Below are positions 54,481-64,000 of a DNA stretch of 64,000 nucleotides, piece by piece. The stretch comes from Eledone cirrhosa. Lineage: Eukaryota. The notes under the pieces are model-generated. The model searched no databases and had not been told where the DNA came from. It saw nothing but the letters and a program-made list of their open reading frames with translations. Position 1 is the stretch's first letter. Each line of letters begins with the position of its first letter. The stretch is taken from contig OZ024740.1 of assembly GCA_964016885.1 (NCBI GenBank), forward strand, positions 433,690,001 to 433,754,000, given 5' to 3'. The translations under genes were made by a program, and so were the position numbers.

Positions 54481-57400
54481 CCTAGTGTGTCAGTTGACAA
54501 CCTAGTGTGTCAGTTGACAACCTAGTGTGTCAGTTGACCACCTAGTGTGTCAGTTGACAACCTAGTGTGTCGGTTGAGAACCTAGTGTGTCAGTTGACCA
54601 CCTAGTGTGTCAGTTGACCACCTAGTGTGTCAATTGACCACCTAGTGTGTCAGTTGATCATCCAGTGTGTCAGTTGACCACCTAGTGTGTCAGTTGAACA
54701 CCTAGTGTGTCAGTTGACCACCTAGTTTGTCAGTTGACCACCTAGTGTGTCAGTTGACAACCTAGTGTGTCAGTTGACAACCTAGTGTGTCAGTTGACCA
54801 CCTAGTGTGTCAGTTGACAACCTAGTGTGTCGGTTGAGAACCTAGTGTGTCAGTTAACCACCTAGTGTGTCAGTTGACCACCAAGTGTGTCAGTTGACCA
54901 CCTAGTGTGTCAGTTGACAAACTAGTGCGTTAGTTGACCACCTAGTGTGTCAGTTGACCACCTAGTGTGTCAGTTGACCACCTAGTGTGTCAGTTGACCA
55001 CCAATTGTGTCAGTTGACCACCAAGTGTGTCAGTTGACCACCTAGTGTGTCAGTTTACAACCTAGTGTGTCAGTTGACAACCTAGTGTGTCAGTTGACCA
55101 CCTAGTGTCAGTTGACCACCTAGTGTGTCAGTTGACCACCTAGTGTGTCAGTTGACCACCAAGTGTGTCAGTTGACCACCTAGTGTGTCACTTGACCACC
55201 TAGTGTCAGTTGACCACCTATTGTGTCAGTTGACCACCTAGTGTGTCAGTTGACCACCAAGTGTGTCAGTTGACCACCTAGTGTGTCACTTGACCACCTA
55301 GTGTCAGTTGACCACCTAGTGTGTCAGTTGACCACCTAGTGTGTCAGTTGACCACCTAGTGTGTCAGTTGACAACCTAATGTGTCAGTTGAACACCTAGT
55401 GTGTCAGTTGAACACCAAGTGTGTCAGTTGACCACCTAGTGTGTCAGTTGAACACCTAGTGTGTCAGTTGACCACCTAGTGTGTCAGTTGAACACCTAGT
55501 GTGTCAGTTGAACACCTAGTGTGTCAGTTGACCACCTAGTGTATCAGTTGATCAGCAAGTGTATTAGTTGACCACCTAGTGTGTCAGTTGACCACCTAGT
55601 GTGTCAGTTGACCACCAAGTGTGTCAGTTGAAAACCAAGTGTGTCAGTTGACCACATAGTGTGTCAGTTGACCACCTAGTGTGTCAGTTGACCACCTAGT
55701 GTGTCAGTTGACAACCTAGTGTGTCAGTTGAACACCTCGTGTGTCAGTTGACCACCAAGTGTGTCAGTTGACCACCTAGTGTGTCAGTTGATCATCAAGT
55801 GTGTTAGTTGACCACCTAGTGTGTTAGTTGACCACCTAGTGTGTCAGTTGACCACCAAGTGTGTCAGTTGACCACCAAGTGTGTCAGTTGACCACCTAGT
55901 GCGTCAATTGACCACCTAGTGTGTCAGTTGACCACCTAGTGTGTCAGTTGACAACCTAGTGTGTCAGTTGACAACCTAGTGTGTCAGTTGTCCACCTAGT
56001 GTGTCAGTTGACCACCTAGTGTGTCAATTGACCACCTAGTGTGTCAGTTGACCACCTAGTGCGTCAGTTGACCACCAAGTGTGTCAGTTGACAACTAGTG
56101 TGTCAGTTGACCACCTAGTGTGTCAGTTGACCACCTAGTGTGTCAGTTGACAACCTAGTGTGTCAGTTGACCACCTAGTGTCAGTTGACCACCTATTGTG
56201 TCAGTTGACCACCTAGTGTGTCAGTTGACCACCAAGTGTGTCAGTTGACCACCTAGTGTGTCACTTGACCACCTAGTGTCAGTTGACCACCTAGTGTGTC
56301 AGTTGACCACCTAGTGTGTCAGTTGACCACCTAGTGTGTCAGTTGACAACCTAATGTGTCAGTTGACCACCTAGTGTGTCAGTTGACAACCTAGTGTGTC
56401 AGTTGACCACCCAGTGTGTCAGTTGACCACCTAGTGTGTCAGTTGACCACCTAGTGCGTCAATTGACCACCTAGTGTGTCAGTTGAACACCTAGTATGTC
56501 AGTTGACCACCTAGTGTGTCAGTTGACCACCTAGTGTGTCAGTTGACAACCTAGTGTGTCAGTTGACAACCTAGTGTGTCAGTTGACCACCTAGTGTGTC
56601 AGTTGACCACCTAGTGTGTCAGTTGACCACCAAGTGTGTCAGTTGACAACTAGTGTGTCAGTTGACCACCTAGTGTGTCAGTGTTGACCACCAAGTGTGT
56701 CAGTTGACCACCTAGTGTGTCAGTTGACAACCTAGTGTGTTAGTTGACCACCTAGTGTGTCAGTTGACCACCTAGTGTGTCAGTTGACCACCAAGTGTGT
56801 CAGTTGACCACCTAGTGTGTCACTTGACCACCTAGTGTCAGTTGACCACCTAGTGTGTCAGTTGACCACCTAGTGTGTCAGTTGACAACCTAATGTGTCA
56901 GTTGACCACCTAGTGTGTCAGTTGACAACCTAGTGTGTCAGTTGACCACCTAGTGTGTCAGTTGACCACCTAGTGTGTCAGTTTACCATCTAGTGCGTCA
57001 ATTGACCACCTAGTGTGTCAGTTGAACACCTAGTGTGTCAGTTGACCACCTAGTGTGTCAGTTGACCACCTAGTGTGTCAGTTGACAACCTAGTGTGTCA
57101 GTTGACAACCTAGTGTGTCAGTTGACCACCTAGTGTGTCAGTTGACCACCAAGTGTGTCAGTGTTGACCACCAAGTGTGTCAGTTGACCACCTAGTGTGT
57201 TAGTTGACAACCTAGTGCGTTAGTTGACCACCTAGTGTGTCAGTTGTCCAGCTAGTGTGTCAGTTGACCACCTAGTGTGTCAGTTGACCACCAATTGTGT
57301 CAGTTGACCACCAAATGTGTCAGTTGACCACCTAGTGTGTCAGTTTACAACCTAGTGTGTCAGTTGACAACCTAGTGTGTCAGTTGACCACCTAGTGTCA

Positions 57401-60400
57401 GTTGACCACCTAGTGTGTCAGTTGACCACCAAGTGTGTCAGTTGACCACCTAGTGTGTCACTTGACCACCTAGTGTCAGTTGACCACCTAGTGTGTCAGT
57501 TGACCACGTAGTGCGTCAGTTGACCACCTAGTGTGTCAGTTGACAAACTAATGTGTCAGTTGACCACCTAGTGTGTCACTTGACCACCTAGTGTCAGTTG
57601 ACCACCTAGTGTGTCAATTGACCACCTAGTGTGTCAGTTGATCATCAAGTGTGTCAGTTGACCACCTAGTGTGTCAGTTGACCACCTAGTGTGTCAGTTG
57701 ACAACCTAGTGTGTCAGTTGACCACCTAGTGTGTCAGTTGACAACCAAGTGTGTCAGTTGACCACCTAGTGCGTCAATTGACCACCTAGTGTGTCAGTTG
57801 AACACCTAGTGTGTCAGTTGACCACCTAGTTTGTCAGTTGACCACCTAGTGTGTCAGTTGACAACCTAGTGTGTCAGTTGACAACCTAGTGTGTCAGTTG
57901 ACCACCTACTGTCAGTTGACCACCTATTGTGTCAGTTCACCACCTAGTGTGTCAGTTGACCACCAAGTGTGTCAGTTGACCACCTAGTGTGTCACTTGAC
58001 CACCTAGTGTCAGTTGACCACCTATTGTGTCAATTGACCACCTAGTGTGTCAGTTGATCATCAAGTGTGTCAGTTGACCACCTAGTGTGTCAGTTGACCA
58101 CCTAATGTGTCAGTTGACAACCTAGTGTGTCAGTTGACCACCTAGTGTGTCAGTTGACAACCTAGTGTGTCAGTTGACCACCTAGTGCGTCAATTGACCA
58201 CCTAGTGTGTCAGTTGAACACCTAGTGTGTCAGTTGACCACCTAGTTTGTCAGTTGACCACCTAGTGTGTCAGTTGACAACCTAGTGTGTCAGTTGACAA
58301 CCTAGTGTGTCAGTTGACCACCTAGTGTGTCAGTTGACAACCTAACGTGTCGGTTGAGAACCTAGTGTGTCAGTTGACCACCTAGTGTGTCAGTTGACCA
58401 CCTAGTGTGTCAATTGACCACCTAGTGTGTCAGTTGATCATCCAGTGTGTCAGTTGACCACCTAGTGTGTCAGTTGAACACCTAGTGTGTCAGTTGACCA
58501 CCTAGTTTGTCAGTTGACCACCTAGTGTGTCAGTTGACAACCTAGTGTGTCAGTTGACAACCTAGTGTGTCAGTTGACCACCTAGTGTGTCAGTTGACAA
58601 CCTAGTGTGTCGGTTGAGAACCTAGTGTGTCAGTTAACCACCTAGTGTGTCAGTTGACCACCAAGTGTGTCAGTTGACCACCTAGTGTGTCAGTTGACAA
58701 CCTAGTGCGTTAGTTGACCACCTAGTGTGTCAGTTGACCACCTAGTGTGTCAGTTGACCACCTAGTGTGTCAGTTGACACCAATTGTGTCAGTTGACCAC
58801 CAAGTGTGTCAGTTGACCACCTAGTGTGTCAGTTTACAACCTAGTGTGTCAGTTGACAACCTAGTGTGTCAGTTGACCACCTAGTGTCAGTTGACCACCT
58901 AGTGTGTCAGTTGACCACCAAGTGTGTCAGTTGACCACCTAGTGTGTCACTTGACCACCTAGTGTCAGTTGACCACCTATTGTGTCAGTTGACCACCTAG
59001 TGTGTCAGTTGACCACCAAGTGTGTCAGTTGACCACCTAGTGTGTCACTTGACCACCTAGTGTCAGTTGACCACCTAGTGTGTCAGTTGACCACCTAGTG
59101 TGTCAGTTGACCACCTAGTGTGTCAGTTGACAACCTAATGTGTCAGTTGACCACCTAGTGTGTCACTTGACCACCTAGTGTCAGTTGACCACCTAGTGTG
59201 TCAATTGACCACCTAGTGTGTCAGTTGATCATCAAGTGTGTCAGTTGACCACCTAGTGTGTCAGTTGACCACCTAGTGTGTCAGTTGACAACCTAGTGTG
59301 TCAGTTGACCACCTAGTGTGTCAGTTGACAACCTAGTGTGTCAGTTGACCACCTAGTGCGTCAATTGACCACCTAGTGTGTCAGTTGAACACCTAGTGTT
59401 TCAGTTGACCACCTTGTTTGTCAGTTGACCACCTAGTGTGTCAGTTGACCACCTAGTGTGTCAGTTGACAACCTAGTGTGTCAGTTGACCACCTAGTGTC
59501 AGTTGACCACCTATTGTGTCAGTTGACCACCTAGTGTGTCAGTTGACCACCAAGTGTGTCAGTTGACCACCTAGTGCGTCAATTGACCACCTAGTGTGTC
59601 GGTTGAACACCTAGTGTGTCAGTTGACCACCTAGTTTGTCAGTTGACCACCTAGTGTGTCAGTTGACAACCTAGTGTGTCAGTTGACCACCTATTGTGTC
59701 AGTTCACCACCTAGTGTGTCAGTTGACCACCAAGTGTGTCACTTGACCACCTAGTGTCAGTTGACCACCTATTGTGTCAATTGACCACCTAGTGTGTCAG
59801 TTGATCATCAAGTGTGTCAGTTGACCACCTAGTGTGTCAGTTGACCACCTAGTGTGTCAGTTGACAACCTAGTGTGTCAGTTGACCACCTAGTGTGTCAG
59901 TTGACAACCTAGTGTGTCAGTTGACCACCTAGTGCGTCAATTGACCACCTAGTGTGTCAGTTGAACACCTAGTGTGTCAGTTGACCACCTAGTTTGTCAG
60001 TTGACCACCTAGTGTGTCAGTTGACAACCTAGTGTGTCAGTTGACAACCTAGTGTGTCAGTTGACCACCTAGTGTGTCAGTTGACAACCTAGTGTGTCGG
60101 TTGAGAACCTAGTGTGTCAGTTGACCACCTAGTGTGTCAGTTGACCACCTAGTGTGTCAATTGACCACCTAGTGTGTCAGTTGATCATCCAGTGTGTCAG
60201 TTGACCACCTAGTGTGTCAGTTGAACACCTAGTGTGTCAGTTGACCACCTAGTTTGTCAGTTGACCACCTAGTGTGTCAGTTGACAACCTAGTGTGTCAG
60301 TTGACAACCTAGTGTGTCAGTTGACCACCTAGTGTGTCAGTTGACAACCTAGTGTGTCGGTTGAGAACCTAGTGTGTCAGTTAACCACCTAGTGTGTCAG

Positions 60401-63400
60401 TTGACCACCAAGTGTGTCAGTTGACCACCTAGTGTGTCAGTTGACAAACTAGTGCGTTAGTTGACCACCTAGTGTGTCAGTTGACCACCTAGTGTGTCAG
60501 TTGACCACCTAGTGTGTCAGTTGACCACCAATTGTGTCAGTTGACCACCAAGTGTGTCAGTTGACCACCTAGTGTGTCAGTTTACAACCTAGTGTGTCAG
60601 TTGACAACCTAGTGTGTCAGTTGACCACCTAGTGTCAGTTGACCACCTAGTGTGTCAGTTGACCACCTAGTGTGTCAGTTGACCACCAAGTGTGTCAGTT
60701 GACCACCTAGTGTGTCACTTGACCACCTAGTGTCAGTTGACCACCTATTGTGTCAGTTGACCACCTAGTGTGTCAGTTGACCACCAAGTGTGTCAGTTGA
60801 CCACCTAGTGTGTCACTTGACCACCTAGTGTCAGTTGACCACCTAGTGTGTCAGTTGACCACCTAGTGTGTCAGTTGACCACCTAGTGTGTCAGTTGACA
60901 ACCTAATGTGTCAGTTGAACACCTAGTGTGTCAGTTGAACACCAAGTGTGTCAGTTGACCACCTAGTGTGTCAGTTGAACACCTAGTGTGTCAGTTGACC
61001 ACCTAGTGTGTCAGTTGAACACCTAGTGTGTCAGTTGAACACCTAGTGTGTCAGTTGACCACCTAGTGTATCAGTTGATCAGCAAGTGTATTAGTTGACC
61101 ACCTAGTGTGTCAGTTGACCACCTAGTGTGTCAGTTGACCACCAAGTGTGTCAGTTGAAAACCAAGTGTGTCAGTTGACCACATAGTGTGTCAGTTGACC
61201 ACCTAGTGTGTCAGTTGACCACCTAGTGTGTCAGTTGACAACCTAGTGTGTCAGTTGAACACCTCGTGTGTCAGTTGACCACCAAGTGTGTCAGTTGACC
61301 ACCTAGTGTGTCAGTTGATCATCAAGTGTGTTAGTTGACCACCTAGTGTGTTAGTTGACCACCTAGTGTGTCAGTTGACCACCAAGTGTGTCAGTTGACC
61401 ACCAAGTGTGTCAGTTGACCACCTAGTGCGTCAATTGACCACCTAGTGTGTCAGTTGACCACCTAGTGTGTCAGTTGACAACCTAGTGTGTCAGTTGACA
61501 ACCTAGTGTGTCAGTTGTCCACCTAGTGTGTCAGTTGACCACCTAGTGTGTCAATTGACCACCTAGTGTGTCAGTTGACCACCTAGTGCGTCAGTTGACC
61601 ACCAAGTGTGTCAGTTGACAACTAGTGTGTCAGTTGACCACCTAGTGTGTCAGTTGACCACCTAGTGTGTCAGTTGACAACCTAGTGTGTCAGTTGACCA
61701 CCTAGTGTCAGTTGACCACCTATTGTGTCAGTTGACCACCTAGTGTGTCAGTTGACCACCAAGTGTGTCAGTTGACCACCTAGTGTGTCACTTGACCACC
61801 TAGTGTCAGTTGACCACCTAGTGTGTCAGTTGACCACCTAGTGTGTCAGTTGACCACCTAGTGTGTCAGTTGACAACCTAATGTGTCAGTTGACCACCTA
61901 GTGTGTCAGTTGACAACCTAGTGTGTCAGTTGACCACCCAGTGTGTCAGTTGACCACCTAGTGTGTCAGTTGACCACCTAGTGCGTCAATTGACCACCTA
62001 GTGTGTCAGTTGAACACCTAGTATGTCAGTTGACCACCTAGTGTGTCAGTTGACCACCTAGTGTGTCAGTTGACAACCTAGTGTGTCAGTTGACAACCTA
62101 GTGTGTCAGTTGACCACCTAGTGTGTCAGTTGACCACCTAGTGTGTCAGTTGACCACCAAGTGTGTCAGTTGACAACTAGTGTGTCAGTTGACCACCTAG
62201 TGTGTCAGTGTTGACCACCAAGTGTGTCAGTTGACCACCTAGTGTGTCAGTTGACAACCTAGTGTGTTAGTTGACCACCTAGTGTGTCAGTTGACCACCT
62301 AGTGTGTCAGTTGACCACCAAGTGTGTCAGTTGACCACCTAGTGTGTCACTTGACCACCTAGTGTCAGTTGACCACCTAGTGTGTCAGTTGACCACCTAG
62401 TGTGTCAGTTGACAACCTAATGTGTCAGTTGACCACCTAGTGTGTCAGTTGACAACCTAGTGTGTCAGTTGACCACCTAGTGTGTCAGTTGACCACCTAG
62501 TGTGTCAGTTTACCATCTAGTGCGTCAATTGACCACCTAGTGTGTCAGTTGAACACCTAGTGTGTCAGTTGACCACCTAGTGTGTCAGTTGACCACCTAG
62601 TGTGTCAGTTGACAACCTAGTGTGTCAGTTGACAACCTAGTGTGTCAGTTGACCACCTAGTGTGTCAGTTGACCACCAAGTGTGTCAGTGTTGACCACCA
62701 AGTGTGTCAGTTGACCACCTAGTGTGTCAGTTGACAACCTAGTGCGTTAGTTGACCACCTAGTGTGTCAGTTGTCCAGCTAGTGTGTCAGTTGACCACCT
62801 AGTGTGTCAGTTGACCACCAATTGTGTCAGTTGACCACCAAATGTGTCAGTTGACCACCTAGTGTGTCAGTTTACAACCTAGTGTGTCAGTTGACAACCT
62901 AGTGTGTCAGTTGACCACCTAGTGTCAGTTGACCACCTAGTGTGTCAGTTGACCACCAAGTGTGTCAGTTGACCACCTAGTGTGTCACTTGACCACCTAG
63001 TGTCAGTTGACCACCTAGTGTGTCAGTTGACCACGTAGTGCGTCAGTTGACCACCTAGTGTGTCAGTTGACAAACTAATGTGTCAGTTGACCACCTAGTG
63101 TGTCACTTGACCACCTAGTGTCAGTTGACCACCTAGTGTGTCAATTGACCACCTAGTGTGTCAGTTGATCATCAAGTGTGTCAGTTGACCACCTAGTGTG
63201 TCAGTTGACCACCTAGTGTGTCAGTTGACAACCTAGTGTGTCAGTTGACCACCTAGTGTGTCAGTTGACAACCAAGTGTGTCAGTTGACCACCTAGTGCG
63301 TCAATTGACCACCTAGTGTGTCAGTTGAACACCTAGTGTGTCAGTTGACCACCTAGTTTGTCAGTTGACCACCTAGTGTGTCAGTTGACAACCTAGTGTG

Positions 63401-64000
63401 TCAGTTGACAACCTAGTGTGTCAGTTGACCACCTACTGTCAGTTGACCACCTATTGTGTCAGTTCACCACCTAGTGTGTCAGTTGACCACCAAGTGTGTC
63501 AGTTGACCACCTAGTGTGTCACTTGACCACCTAGTGTCAGTTGACCACCTATTGTGTCAATTGACCACCTAGTGTGTCAGTTGATCATCAAGTGTGTCAG
63601 TTGACCACCTAGTGTGTCAGTTGACCACCTAATGTGTCAGTTGACAACCTAGTGTGTCAGTTGACCACCTAGTGTGTCAGTTGACAACCTAGTGTGTCAG
63701 TTGACCACCTAGTGCGTCAATTGACCACCTAGTGTGTCAGTTGAACACCTAGTGTGTCAGTTGACCACCTAGTTTGTCAGTTGACCACCTAGTGTGTCAG
63801 TTGACAACCTAGTGTGTCAGTTGACAACCTAGTGTGTCAGTTGACCACCTAGTGTGTCAGTTGACAACCTAACGTGTCGGTTGAGAACCTAGTGTGTCAG
63901 TTGACCACCTAGTGTGTCAGTTGACCACCTAGTGTGTCAATTGACCACCTAGTGTGTCAGTTGATCATCCAGTGTGTCAGTTGACCACCTAGTGTGTCAG
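53905..64000 (+). repeat. Near-identical tandem block duplication, period 5527 bp (junction about 59430); second copy runs off the window
   Basis: Offset 5527 for CGGTTGAAC (54073/59600), CGGTTGAGAA (54571/60098), ATCAGCAAGTGTATTAG (55551/61078), GTCCAGCT (57246/62773) and CCTAACG (58341/63868). Confidence 0.93.

Larger units (their letters stand above)
1..64000 (+). repeat. Tandem satellite array, 20-bp monomer GTGTGTCAGTTGACCACCTA, about 3,200 copies, single orientation, truncated at both window ends
   Basis: Every line consists of this monomer or close variants. Common variants are TGAACACC, TGACAACC, CACCAAG and an 18-bp unit lacking one GT. No non-repeat sequence or inverted copy was seen. 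Confidence 0.99.

Noticed and set aside
1-64000. CRISPR array
   Set aside because: Units abut directly with no unique spacers, and there is no leader or cas gene in the window.
1-64000. Repetitive protein-coding ORF on either strand
   Set aside because: The consensus carries TGA and TAG on the plus strand and TAG and TGA on the minus strand (TAGGTGGTCAACTGACACAC). The 20-bp period rotates them through all three frames, so no long ORF is expected.
1-64000. Primer/adapter concatemer or rolling-circle artefact with random sequencing errors
   Set aside because: Rare variants recur in identical order at exact multi-kb offsets, with nested and diverged copies, which random error would not produce. 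Individual near-identical duplications could still be assembly errors.
1-64000. Embedded transposon, gene fragment, tRNA/rRNA or inversion
   Set aside because: No non-satellite stretch or reverse-orientation monomer was seen on reading through. The largest departures are 2-3 substitutions within a monomer.
1-64000. Variant order as an information-bearing code (spacer-like or recombination cassette system)
   Set aside because: The variant order is adequately explained by point mutation plus block duplication. No associated enzyme gene or unique payload is present.
1-64000. G-quadruplex, CpG island or CENP-B box
   Set aside because: The consensus has no GGG runs on either strand and no CpG (only scattered variants), and it does not match the CENP-B box core TTCG....A..CGGG.

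Overview
The whole 64-kb window is one uninterrupted, head-to-tail tandem satellite array. The monomer is 20 bp, consensus GTGTGTCAGTTGACCACCTA (50% GC, no CpG), present in roughly 3,200 copies (estimated from length). All copies I read are in one orientation, and the array runs off both ends of the window. I see no genes, RNA genes, CRISPR spacers, transposon insertions or unique DNA. TAG and TGA occur in the monomer on both strands, and the 20-bp period cycles them through all frames. The informative structure lies in the variant monomers. Rare variants recur in the same order at fixed offsets, revealing nested multi-kb duplications (periods measured by hand: 260, 336, 480, 819, 1288, 2594, 2607, 2724, 2954, 3156, 3412, 5284, 5527 and 6224 bp). 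There are also non-adjacent block copies (offsets 9380, 12661 and about 15385 bp) and a shift in dominant variant from GAAC-rich on the left to GACA-rich on the right at about 32-33 kb. The monomer is a quasi-palindrome with two dyad axes. This best fits a eukaryotic centromeric, pericentromeric or subtelomeric satellite from a long-read assembly. I do not recognise the family or organism, and function cannot be established from sequence alone. Block boundaries are approximate to within 1-3 monomers.
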